Made by a program: the position numbers and the translations under genes | In this document: positions 15,810 to 24,090 of the stretch, one piece after another | Position numbering within the stretch: the first letter of the stretch is position 1 | Layout of the letters: each line of letters opens with the position of its first letter | Origin: a virus | Virus record (IMG/VR): IMGVR_UViG_3300037506_000026 | Location: 1 to 44,263 of that record | Strand: one strand, 5' to 3' | DNA length: 44,263 nt | Notes under the pieces: model-generated | What the model was told of the DNA's origin: nothing | Database searches by the model: none | Seen by the model: the letters and a program-made list of their open reading frames with translations, nothing else

Positions 15810-16915
15810 TCTTCTTCTCCTCCTGCGAGAACGTCATCTTTGAAAATATAAGTCCCGTAGCACATACAATGCGGGTGGAACGGAACGACGTCCTCGAATT
15901 CCTCTGGCGAGAGTATCTTTCCCGCCCAGTCGTCGCACACGTCTTCATCTTCGTGCGCTGGCGACAGCGTGACCATCAAGCCTTTGAGCCACGTCTTCCC
16001 TTTAGCAAACTCGGCAGACGCCTTGGCGTATGCGCGGTTGGTCTCCGTCCGCGCTATCCTCATGGCGTTCGAGAACGGGTTTTTGTAGAGGCCCGGCCCG
16101 ACCTGAGCATCAACGTCCGCGTTATACGGAGCGACGTATTTTTTCACGGTCTTGGCGATGGAGAACGGACTCTCCCCTTGAGAAATCTTGCTTGCGATGA
16201 TCCGGCGAAGATCGGCTTCGGCGCGTGACGAGAGGTCAACGACGCGCTCGGAAAATGTTTGCCCTGCCAGATTCTTTTTGGCGATGTTCCTGATGACCTG
16301 AGACTGCTTCTTCGACCACTTGGCGGTCGATGTTTTTGCGCGTGGGTCGCGTGAAGCGAGCGTGGCATTCAGCGATACAGACAGCTTGGCCTCGAACAAA
16401 AGCCGGTCGGTATACAGGTTTTCTTCCGCGCCCTTGAACGATTCGCGGTTGTCTTTGAAGATCGGGAGCAGTGCTTCGCCAGCGTTCTTGAATCCCATTT
16501 TCGCCGAGTCTTTGATGAGCGCGTATATAATCCGCTTAAGTTCCTTCTTCACTACCATGCCCATCAGACGAACCCTCATGTTGATGCGGGGTATTTTCCC
16601 GATGGAGTCTCCGTGCCGCAAAACGAACTCATACATTGCATTTGCTTCGTTGGAAAACAACGTACGGATTTCTTTTTCAGCATCGTTCAGCCGAACGAAC
16701 AGGGGAGCGCGGGCGAGGCGCATCCTGCGAGCCACGGCGTTGCGAGCGGCCACGTTCTTGTTCACTTCGCCTCTGGCGGCCAATTCCAAGGCGGCGTCCA
16801 AATCCTTGTCGGCGAGGCGCATGATCTCCGGCCAATTCTTCGATCCGATGGAAGCTGGATATGACCGAAGAACTTGTTTAACGTTCTTGCTGTGTACCTG
16901 CTCTCCAAGTTTCAT
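15806..16915 (-). CDS. Minor head protein, Mu F / SPP1 gp7 family
   Basis: 369 aa from the ATG at 16915 (ATGA coupling). RIARTETNRAYAKAS and the C-terminal SPAHEDEDVCDDWAGKILSPEEFEDVVPFHPHCMCY are characteristic. Confidence 0.8.
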   Translation of the reverse strand: MKLGEQVHSKNVKQVLRSYPASIGSKNWPEIMRLADKDLDAALELAARGEVNKNVAARNAVARRMRLARAPLFVRLNDAEKEIRTLFSNEANAMYEFVLRHGDSIGKIPRINMRVRLMGMVVKKELKRIIYALIKDSAKMGFKNAGEALLPIFKDNRESFKGAEENLYTDRLLFEAKLSVSLNATLASRDPRAKTSTAKWSKKQSQVIRNIAKKNLAGQTFSERVVDLSSRAEADLRRIIASKISQGESPFSIAKTVKKYVAPYNADVDAQVGPGLYKNPFSNAMRIARTETNRAYAKASAEFAKGKTWLKGLMVTLSPAHEDEDVCDDWAGKILSPEEFEDVVPFHPHCMCYGTYIFKDDVLAGGEEE

Positions 16916-17109
16916 ATTTGCGGCATATTCGCTTTGAGTTCGGAGTCGATCTCGTTCACGATAGAAGGCAATCGGCTCGCCAAAACTTGTTTGACATTCA
17001 GCGGCGCGGCGGCCAATACGTCCCTGATCTTCATGTCGATATCCCAATGCTTCTGCTGGATATTATTCACTTCGTTGATTGAACTCTGTCCCAATTTTGC
17101 TACTGGCAT
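16912..17109 (-). CDS. Small hypothetical protein (65 aa) between the portal and Mu-F-like genes
   Basis: Strong SD (AAGGAGGATCGA-ATG). Its TGA overlaps the downstream ATG (ATGA). Confidence 0.5.
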   Translation of the reverse strand: MPVAKLGQSSINEVNNIQQKHWDIDMKIRDVLAAAPLNVKQVLASRLPSIVNEIDSELKANMPQI

Positions 17110-17135
17110 TCGATCCTCCTTAACAACCCAATGGT

Positions 17136-18869
17136 TTACGCGGCCCCATCTGCTTTGCCTCCGACTCCCGCTTTTTCTTTGGCCTTGTCAGCCATGAATT
17201 TTTCTTTTTCTTCCGGCGTCATGGTTTTCATCAGGTCATTCATCTCAGCGTCCATTTCCGCTTCGTCTCCGAACCCCGCCTGTTTTCCGAGCAGAGGGTT
17301 CCCGTCGAGTTCCGCTTCGTCTTCGACCTGTTTCTGTTTGCGGACCTCCTCCGCGTAGTCGTAACCGAGAGCGGCCGATGCGGTCGGGTCGGCGATCCAT
17401 CCGTTGGATCGAGCAACGGCCAGCGCATCGGTATGAGATTTGATGTCGCGATGAACAATATCCGGCCACGACATATCGCATCCGAAGAACATCTCGGACG
17501 GCATTTCCATCTTCCCATTCGGCATGATCTCAGCCAACAGTTTTTTCTTCGGATCTTCTTTCGGTTCTTCGTCTTCTTCGCCCGTGGCGTCAACGTCCTC
17601 GCCGTCTTCCATGTCCTCAGCTTCGCCAAGGTCGCGAACGCTTTTGAGTTTGTTGATGAATTCCTCATCGTTTGGAGCTTCGAGGACGCCACCATCTACG
17701 GCGGTCTGAATGACCATCTTGTAGAGGCGTCCCAGGTGGTATTCGAGGAAAATCTGCCACGACTGAATCGCTTTGACGAACGGGCTTTCGGCCACGAGAG
17801 TGCTTGCGAAGTTGGCGTTGGACGCGTCACCCAAAATGTATTCGGGGAGGTTCGTCCCTGCGGCCATCGAGAGTTTGATGTTGCGCCCGTCTTCCTTCAC
17901 GTCCGAGGCGTTGATGTTCGGGGCTTCCATGCGGTAAGTAACGCCGGGGCCTTCGGTGATCATCGTGCCGCCTCGGATCATCTGCTTCTTGGTTTCGCCG
18001 GACGCGGTGTTGGTGGCGTTGGGGATTTTGTTGGCGAGGTTGGCGACTTCCGTCGGAGTTCCTTCGACCTTCTTGATCAACACAATGGCCGAGCGCATCT
18101 TGTTGAGCAGGATTCGGTTTTCAAGCCACTGCTCGTAGTGCTTCATCAGCGTGAGGATGGACTGCATGAACGGCTCGCCGCGCTTCTGATCTGAGTCTGC
18201 GTTGAGTTTGATGTGGAGCATATTCTCGGCTTTGATGAATCGGAATTCGTTTTCGTTCGTGCGCTTCTGGACGTGGTAGCCGATCACTTTCTCGATGTCC
18301 TCTGGGTCGGTCTGAATTCCGTTCTTGTTCGCGTCGTCCACCATCGCTCCAGGTGTGACGGGGGCGCGAACCAAAAGCGGATCGACGAAACGGATAGTCA
18401 TCTTTCCGGTTTTCTTGCCGTCTCCGTCGGTGTCAAATTTCTCGATGAAAACTTCTCCGTCACGGAAAAGTCTTTTGACGATCTCGAATTGCTTGAGTTG
18501 CATTTTGTTGCGGTCAGCCGTCCAGAATTCCCGCCACACATACCACACCAGAGGGTCTTCGCTCTTGGGGGTCATGGAGAGTCCCTTGCCCATGATGTAG
18601 TTCACCATCGTCGCAATGATGCCGTGCGCTTCGGCATCCCATCGTTCAAACTCTCTGGATTTGCGGATTACTTCGAGCTGGTTGGATTGGAGATGTCCCT
18701 TCTCGCGGTCGGTTACTCCGTACATTCGGGCCCAGCCGTCGCGGTCGGGGCGGTCGATAACAATCTGTTGCGCTTCTTCGAGGATGGATTCTTGAAGTTC
18801 CATCGACGTGCGCTTGTATTTCAATTCCGCGTTTTTGCCTCTGTACCAGTTCCAGATCAAATCTATCAT
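17136..18869 (-). CDS. Portal protein
   Basis: 577 aa directly after terL (ATGA overlap). Acidic C-terminal tail with the sequence character of the portal family. Confidence 0.85.
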   Translation of the reverse strand: MIDLIWNWYRGKNAELKYKRTSMELQESILEEAQQIVIDRPDRDGWARMYGVTDREKGHLQSNQLEVIRKSREFERWDAEAHGIIATMVNYIMGKGLSMTPKSEDPLVWYVWREFWTADRNKMQLKQFEIVKRLFRDGEVFIEKFDTDGDGKKTGKMTIRFVDPLLVRAPVTPGAMVDDANKNGIQTDPEDIEKVIGYHVQKRTNENEFRFIKAENMLHIKLNADSDQKRGEPFMQSILTLMKHYEQWLENRILLNKMRSAIVLIKKVEGTPTEVANLANKIPNATNTASGETKKQMIRGGTMITEGPGVTYRMEAPNINASDVKEDGRNIKLSMAAGTNLPEYILGDASNANFASTLVAESPFVKAIQSWQIFLEYHLGRLYKMVIQTAVDGGVLEAPNDEEFINKLKSVRDLGEAEDMEDGEDVDATGEEDEEPKEDPKKKLLAEIMPNGKMEMPSEMFFGCDMSWPDIVHRDIKSHTDALAVARSNGWIADPTASAALGYDYAEEVRKQKQVEDEAELDGNPLLGKQAGFGDEAEMDAEMNDLMKTMTPEEKEKFMADKAKEKAGVGGKADGAA

Positions 18870-20407
18870 CCGAGGAAACCTCCCACGTTGGAGTTGTCGC
18901 CGATTTCTGCGAAGTCAGCTTCTTCGGCGAGTTCGGCCTGATCGACGAAGCGTGCTTGGTTGAAGAAGTTTATGGCTTGAGTCATGGCGTCCACTTGGTC
19001 GTTGATCTCTCCGTCGGTTCCCTTGAACGCGGCGCACTCCTCGATGAAGTCGTTGACCCAAGGATTCTGATTCGGTTCGGGGAGGTGGACGTTTCCGGCT
19101 TCAACGATTGGCGACGCGGCCTGCGCCCGTGCGATCTTGGATCCCTGCGGTTGGATCGGAATGAGGCCGGAGATTTTTTTCTGCAAGACCGATATGATCG
19201 CTGGCCCGTTGGCTTTGTCTTCGATGAGGTGGCCCGTGGCTCCCTGATTCTGAGCGGCCATGATGACGACCATCTGCAACGCTTCTGAGAAATCACACCG
19301 CTCGCGCATCTGCCGGATCAAGTAATAGTCCGCTCCGCGCTTACCCCAAAGTTGTCCGACGACGAACGATCCCTCTTTGGTTTCCTTGAAGCTCATGTCC
19401 CACGAAGTGATCATCACATCGAAGCCAGACGGAAGGACGGAGTAGAATTTCCACCACGAGCGTTTGAGAATGTTGCCGATTTCTGAGGACGGGTTCTGCT
19501 GGCCTTGGGCCGCGAATGTGCGGGTACCCATTGCTTTTTTCAGTTCATCCACTTCAACCTGGCCGTGCCGTCCTTCGTTGAGGAGGTCGCCATCGTTCCG
19601 CACGATTCTTTTCTTCGAGATCGGAAATTCGATGACGGTCTTGCCTTCAGCGACCAGCGGCAGAACGACGTGGTGCCAGCCGGATTCGTTTTTGAGGATG
19701 TGGCCCGTTAAATCCTGGGCGTGAGTGCGTTGCTCGACGACGACGCGGATGCCAGTCTTTGGGTTGTCGAGCCGCGAGGAGAGGACGCTCGCGTGCATGG
19801 TTTGCATGTGATAGCGCATTGCTTCTGATTCGGCTTCGTCGGGTTTCAGCATGTCGTCCTCGACGATAACGTCTCCGCCTTTTCCTGTCAGCGTTCCGCC
19901 GACGGAGGTGGCGATCATGTGGCCGCGCGCTGTGTTTTCGTATTCGTGCTTTTGGTTTTGGTCGTCCTGGATCGTGACGAGGCCGCCCCAGTTATCTTGG
20001 AACCATTGCGACTCGATGACGCGCCGGCGTGCGAGCGAATGCTTGACGGAGAGGCCGGATGAGTACGAGCAGAATATCCAGCGCATGCTGGGCTTTTGTG
20101 TCCATGACCAGACGGGCCAGAGGATGGTCACGATGTTCGACTTCCCGTAGCGCGGGGGCATGTTGATCAAAAGTTTTTTGATCTCTCCGCGCGTGACGAG
20201 TTCCAAATGCTCGCAAAGGTAACCGACATACCACGACTCCATTAGTGGGTTGGCCGGTTCGAGGATGGGCCACGCTTTGCGAATAAATTCGGGGAAGGAG
20301 TACAGGGGCGAGATGAGTGATTTTGAAAGTCGTTTGAGTCCGTCTACGCGAGGTTCCGTGAGGTCGATGGCGGTGGAGTATTTTGACGCCGGGAATGTTT
20401 CGATCAT
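18866..20407 (-). CDS. terL: Terminase large subunit
   Basis: 513 aa. Walker A-like INMPPRYGKSN, Walker B-like GGDVIVEDD, and a C-terminal nuclease-type region. Confidence 0.9.
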   Translation of the reverse strand: MIETFPASKYSTAIDLTEPRVDGLKRLSKSLISPLYSFPEFIRKAWPILEPANPLMESWYVGYLCEHLELVTRGEIKKLLINMPPRYGKSNIVTILWPVWSWTQKPSMRWIFCSYSSGLSVKHSLARRRVIESQWFQDNWGGLVTIQDDQNQKHEYENTARGHMIATSVGGTLTGKGGDVIVEDDMLKPDEAESEAMRYHMQTMHASVLSSRLDNPKTGIRVVVEQRTHAQDLTGHILKNESGWHHVVLPLVAEGKTVIEFPISKKRIVRNDGDLLNEGRHGQVEVDELKKAMGTRTFAAQGQQNPSSEIGNILKRSWWKFYSVLPSGFDVMITSWDMSFKETKEGSFVVGQLWGKRGADYYLIRQMRERCDFSEALQMVVIMAAQNQGATGHLIEDKANGPAIISVLQKKISGLIPIQPQGSKIARAQAASPIVEAGNVHLPEPNQNPWVNDFIEECAAFKGTDGEINDQVDAMTQAINFFNQARFVDQAELAEEADFAEIGDNSNVGGFLG

Positions 20408-20895
20408 CCGTTGTTACCGATGAGCCGGTTGGATAGTGCTTCGAGTTCCTTGGCGATGGTGTTGGAGAGTTCAACGGGCATGTGCTTGCGCAGGATGAGG
20501 GTCACGTCGGTGATGAGCGTGTTCATGAAACGCATGTTGACTTCGTGGACGATCTTCTCTCGGTATACGTCTGGCATCTTGGCTTTCAGGAGGAAGATCA
20601 GGAGGGTTGCTGAGCTTGCGTCTGAGTCGGTTAAGGCGCGGACGATGGCGCGCTGTTGCAGGTTGTCGACGATGGTTGAGTCGATCTCGTTAAACTTCTC
20701 GGCGAACTTCGGATCGGATTCGCGCCAGCGCAAGACGGTCATGCGGGTGATGCCAACGGACTGGGCGGCCTGGGAAATAGAAATCTTTTTGGCGTACTGA
20801 TCCAAGAACGGTTGCTTCAAATGTTCTTTGTTCGCCTTGCTTTTTGTGTTCGGTAGATGTTGCGAGCCTCCAGTCCCGCTCTTGTCTTGCAACAT
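20404..20895 (-). CDS. terS: Terminase small subunit (HTH-containing)
   Basis: 163 aa. The HTH SISQAAQSVGITRMTVLRWRESDPKFAEKF lies directly upstream of terL, and the gene overlaps terL. Confidence 0.7.
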   Translation of the reverse strand: MLQDKSGTGGSQHLPNTKSKANKEHLKQPFLDQYAKKISISQAAQSVGITRMTVLRWRESDPKFAEKFNEIDSTIVDNLQQRAIVRALTDSDASSATLLIFLLKAKMPDVYREKIVHEVNMRFMNTLITDVTLILRKHMPVELSNTIAKELEALSNRLIGNNG

Positions 20896-20978
20896 TCGTA
20901 ACCCCGCGCGCAGTTCGTGGTTGACCGCTTAAACCATATCGGTCGATTGAATATTATACACCCGATTTTTAAATCGCT

Positions 20979-21176
20979 TTACTTGTGGCCGTTGCGGTGT
21001 GGTTCGTCCTCCGTCGAGAATTCACGCAGAATTTTTGTTGATAAAATCCTTGACGGGTGAAACATCCAACGCCCGAATCCGTCTTTGACCTTGGCTTGCG
21101 CGACCTCGGCGTTGTCGGCCAGGATGTCGACCGTATAGTATTCGTGAATGGTCAGTTCGACCACGTAGCGTTTCAT
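20979..21176 (-). CDS. Hypothetical protein (65 aa)
   Basis: The only support is an ORF with plausible globular composition. Confidence 0.45.
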   Translation of the reverse strand: MKRYVVELTIHEYYTVDILADNAEVAQAKVKDGFGRWMFHPSRILSTKILREFSTEDEPHRNGHK

Positions 21177-21235
21177 GGTCGAGCATTTTAGCAGGCGTGA
21201 TTAACTATGGGGCTGTGACTTTTGTGTAGGCTGGT

Positions 21236-21478
21236 TCAGTCGTCGGCTTCGGCGCGCATCTCAAATAGCAGGTTCTTAATTTTCCAGATCGACTCGGCTT
21301 TTCCCTGATGCACCTCATGAACCCAAACCGTGAGGCGTTGCAGATTCTTTTGGTGGTATTTCCGTCGTTGTCTCTCAATCCCTCTCCACGCAACAAAGGC
21401 TCCCCGGAGGGCTTTGTATTTCGACTCCCAAAACGTGGCCGTGCAGAACGATGCCGAGCATTCAACAAATGCCATCAA
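21236..21478 (-). CDS. Hypothetical protein (80 aa)
   Basis: ORF that overlaps the upstream stop by 4 nt. Confidence 0.4.
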   Translation of the reverse strand: MMAFVECSASFCTATFWESKYKALRGAFVAWRGIERQRRKYHQKNLQRLTVWVHEVHQGKAESIWKIKNLLFEMRAEADD

Positions 21479-21804
21479 TACGCTTTCCCACCATGCCTGT
21501 GTGGTCGCGTGGAGTTGTACGCCATTTTCTTCCTAATGACCTTTTCCAAATCCCAACGCTTCTTTCCAAAGTAGTCGGCGATCCGAATAACGGCGTCCGC
21601 GAGTTCGACGGCTTCCCCCTCCGGCTTCCTTCGGTCAGTTGGGTTTTCATAAAACGCGCTCGCGCCTTCCCTCACCTGCTCCGTGGCCTCAGATATTTCC
21701 GAATGAATCAGCGCGTGGATTTCCAATGGGCTTCTCTCATTTTCGTGCCAGCCCTTTTTCACGGCCATCCGGTGAGCCTTCTCAACAAATTCGTTAATCT
21801 TCAT
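21475..21804 (-). CDS. MazG-like nucleotide pyrophosphohydrolase
   Basis: 109 aa. LIHSEISEATEQVREG ... EGEAVELADAVIRIADY gives the all-alpha NTP-PPase EExxE / ExxD pattern. Confidence 0.7.
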   Translation of the reverse strand: MKINEFVEKAHRMAVKKGWHENERSPLEIHALIHSEISEATEQVREGASAFYENPTDRRKPEGEAVELADAVIRIADYFGKKRWDLEKVIRKKMAYNSTRPHRHGGKAY

Positions 21805-22292
21805 ATCGCCTCCGTTTTTGGCAATCCCTTAAATAACCTGTAGATCGTTTGCTCCGTGACGTTGTTGCGCCGGGCCAGCACGATCACCTTAAGGCGGCCC
21901 TTGTCCAGCAGGATCGCGCGCCGCTGATCGTTCGTCAGCTTCGACCGCCCGTTGTTCTCGCCCGCTGTGTTTGGAAAAGATAAAGCGTTGCCCTGTTTCC
22001 AGGTGCCGTGCTTAAGGGCCATGCGCACCATGTCGCCGCGCGTGCCGACCCGCAGATGCTCCGGGTTCACACAACCGGTTGTGGTGCATTTCCGGTAGAC
22101 CACCATGCCCGGCGGGATGGGGCCGTTATAATACCGGTACGAGAAAACGTGCGCCGCGATCTTCCGGCGCGTCCCGTCCGATCGGCTCCCGGTCATCATG
22201 TAACCGTAGCCGTCTTTTTTGCACCCCTTCCACAACCAGCATTTGCCCGCCTGGTCGATCATCGACTCGAATCGTTGGTGCGCGTAGCGCAT
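21801..22292 (-). CDS. HNH endonuclease (HNH_3-like) with a C-terminal HTH
   Basis: CWLWKGCKKDGYGYM...AHVFSYRYYNGPIPPGMVVYRKCTTTGCVNPEHL, followed by RRNNVTEQTIYRLFKG. Confidence 0.75.
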   Translation of the reverse strand: MRYAHQRFESMIDQAGKCWLWKGCKKDGYGYMMTGSRSDGTRRKIAAHVFSYRYYNGPIPPGMVVYRKCTTTGCVNPEHLRVGTRGDMVRMALKHGTWKQGNALSFPNTAGENNGRSKLTNDQRRAILLDKGRLKVIVLARRNNVTEQTIYRLFKGLPKTEAI

Positions 22293-22582
22293 CAGTCGTT
22301 ATGGCACTTCGCTGTTCCGTGCGCCCTAGCCGTTTTAATTAGCTCAGATTCCGCCGCCTTCAGATGCTTGCTCAGAATCGCTCGGATCGATTGTCGGGTC
22401 AGTGGTCGCCCGAAGCCCATTGAGTTGCCGGTGTCGATTTCCTTTTCATCCTCAGTTCGATACTGAAAGTACTCGGTCGCATACGATCGCGGAATTTGTT
22501 TTTCAACAATCACGTTTTCGTTTCCGCATACACACCACGCCCGCATGCGGATCGATTTTACGGCCAGTTGTTTTTTGCTCAC
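22292..22582 (-). CDS. Hypothetical protein (96 aa), GTG start
   Basis: GTG lies 6 nt after the conserved AAAACCTGGAGG motif. Confidence 0.45.
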   Translation of the reverse strand: MSKKQLAVKSIRMRAWCVCGNENVIVEKQIPRSYATEYFQYRTEDEKEIDTGNSMGFGRPLTRQSIRAILSKHLKAAESELIKTARAHGTAKCHND

Positions 22583-22837
22583 ACATTTCCTCCAGGTTTT
22601 TAAAGTGCCCGTCTCTCCGGGCTGTCAAGCCGTTCCGTGTTTTGGATTCACCTTGCCCGGCCATTCCCTCGGCTGGTTTAGTTCCGAGTCCTTCGTCCGG
22701 CGCATTCATCCCTATTGGCTCCAGGCTTTCTCTTGCCGCATTTACGCCTATACACTCAGGGGCTGGATCGTACCCTCACGACTTCGCCAGCATCGATCGC
22801 AGGCCATACCATGCGCCTGCGCGGAGGCTCGAGAAAT
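22583..22837 (-). other. 255-nt GC-rich non-coding leader; candidate structured RNA or regulatory region
   Basis: No credible ORF. Several short hairpins, for example CCCG-GAGAGA-CGGG. A TTGACA-N18-TTTAAA promoter-like pair at 22628..22599. Shares GGCAAGGTGA and a hairpin+TTTAAAAA arrangement with 23862..24090. Confidence 0.4.
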
Positions 22838-23230
22838 CTATTTCCTCAGAAGTCCTGCACATCGATGAGAACAACATAATCGTTTTGACCGTCGAATTCT
22901 TACGAGATAATCGCACCGTTTGATCTTAAATTTAGCTGAGCAAACGTGGCATGCGCATTCGATGTCGGCGACTTGCCTATATTTCTGGTGATGAGCGGAG
23001 TGCCTTCGGATGTCCATGTGTTCTAAATTTTCGATCGAATCGTTTCCCTTATCCCCATCCATATGATGGACGATTTCGCCCTTCGCAAGTAGGCGTCCAA
23101 TCTTATTTTCAATCAAGACCCGGTGAAGCGGATAAAGGCCCTTCGCGTTCGCCTTCGGGTGCATCGGCTCCGTTCGGCAATATCGATACCCGCCGCCTTC
23201 GCATATTGAAACGATTTTGAACATCACCAT
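22838..23230 (-). CDS. HNH endonuclease
   Basis: 130 aa. LHRVLIENKIGRLLAKGEIVHHMDGDKGNDSIENLEHMDIRRHSAHH, then a Cys-rich tail. Confidence 0.75.
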   Translation of the reverse strand: MVMFKIVSICEGGGYRYCRTEPMHPKANAKGLYPLHRVLIENKIGRLLAKGEIVHHMDGDKGNDSIENLEHMDIRRHSAHHQKYRQVADIECACHVCSAKFKIKRCDYLVRIRRSKRLCCSHRCAGLLRK

Positions 23231-23237
23231 AAATTGT

Positions 23238-23270
23238 GGACGCTGATTTTTTGATTGAGGCTCAGCGTCC
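23238..23270 (-). other. Perfect 9-bp inverted repeat (stem-loop) immediately upstream of the HNH gene
   Basis: GGACGCTGA (23238..23246) and TCAGCGTCC (23262..23270) are separated by a 15-nt loop. Confidence 0.5.
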
Positions 23271-23283
23271 GAGGCCCCGCCGT

Positions 23284-23544
23284 CTACCGGTGTAGTACCA
23301 CACCCTCGGCGGCATCAATTTTTTGCGCGTGTCCAGGACATCCTTTTTCCACCGGATCGAACCCTTCGCAGTCTCCATACGGAACGTAATTCCGGCCCGC
23401 CTGCAGTTCCTCCATGAGTTGGAGCTTGGCCTCGCGCGCGGTCATAACGGTTCCGTCGTCCTTCTTAAACATTCCACGGAACATGCGGTCGTCCCAGTTC
23501 AAAAGTGCGCCGCGAATGTCGAGTCGCATGTGGTGGATGGTCAT
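23284..23544 (-). CDS. Hypothetical protein (86 aa)
   Basis: ORF that overlaps the upstream stop by 4 nt. Confidence 0.45.
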   Translation of the reverse strand: MTIHHMRLDIRGALLNWDDRMFRGMFKKDDGTVMTAREAKLQLMEELQAGRNYVPYGDCEGFDPVEKGCPGHAQKIDAAEGVVLHR

Positions 23545-23861
23545 GGCCGGTGGTATCGATCCGTCAAAATTGCTTCGAGCAGGATCAGGTAGTTGATCGC
23601 ATCGCCCAGCTTTTCTTGCGCGAGTTCCTCATGCGGCGTCTTGCCTTGCTCTATGTCGTCCACCATGTCGGCGATGGATGTGAAGTGTTTCATGGCGAAT
23701 CCGAAGCAGACCGCCTCCGGCGTCTTGTTCATGAACGATCCGGCGCGCTTGAAGTTGTGCAGGCGGTCGCCGCGCGCGTACTCTTTTGCTTTCGATGACA
23801 GGATGGATTTGATCAGCCTGCATCGCTCGTTTATGATTTTGTCGAATGTCTCTGTGTTCAT
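23541..23861 (-). CDS. All-alpha protein, possibly DUF1599 / NTP-pyrophosphohydrolase-superfamily-like
   Basis: 106 aa. SKAKEYARGDRLHNFKRAG...KHFTSIADMVDDIE...EKLGDAINYLILLEAIL. The family assignment is tentative. Confidence 0.4.
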   Translation of the reverse strand: MNTETFDKIINERCRLIKSILSSKAKEYARGDRLHNFKRAGSFMNKTPEAVCFGFAMKHFTSIADMVDDIEQGKTPHEELAQEKLGDAINYLILLEAILTDRYHRP

Positions 23862-24090
23862 TGTGTCTCCCTTTTTAAATCGCCCCCTGTCTCATGCGCA
23901 GGGCTTGCACCTGCAACCACGAGGACTCGCCAACAAGTTTTCTCCATTCCTTCCAAGCGTCTTGACGCTCACCTTGCCAGCTACGGGACGGCAATCCCTT
24001 CCTCGCGCTCTGCCTCCACCTCCACTACGCCGGTCGGTTTCCTTGTCCCGGCTTTGAGCTAGCATGAGCGACCCGCGTCCGGGCAGGAGG
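23862..24090 (-). other. 229-nt GC-rich non-coding leader; candidate structured RNA
   Basis: No credible ORF. A perfect palindromic hairpin AGCGTC-AA-GACGCT, the GGCAAGGTGA motif, and CCCTG...CAGGG followed by TTTAAAAAGGGAG. Confidence 0.35.

Noticed and set aside
20953-20958. A late promoter upstream of terS. A perfect TATAAT occurs on the minus strand at 20958..20953.
   Set aside because: There is no acceptable -35 at 16-18 nt, and the preceding GTG does not match the TGn extended -10 spacing. Late phage promoters are often activator-dependent, so the hexamer alone is not enough support.
22583-22837. Cobalamin (B12) riboswitch. The minus-sense RNA contains AAUAGGGA, GGUGAAUCC and a B12-box-like CAGCCCGGAGAGACGGGC.
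   Set aside because: The elements are not in the canonical order or spacing: GGUG.AAUCC should follow AAUAGGGAA directly. I found no GCCACUG element. The downstream gene has no link to cobalamin. Without an Infernal score this is most likely a chance resemblance, so it is kept only as a generic structured-RNA candidate.
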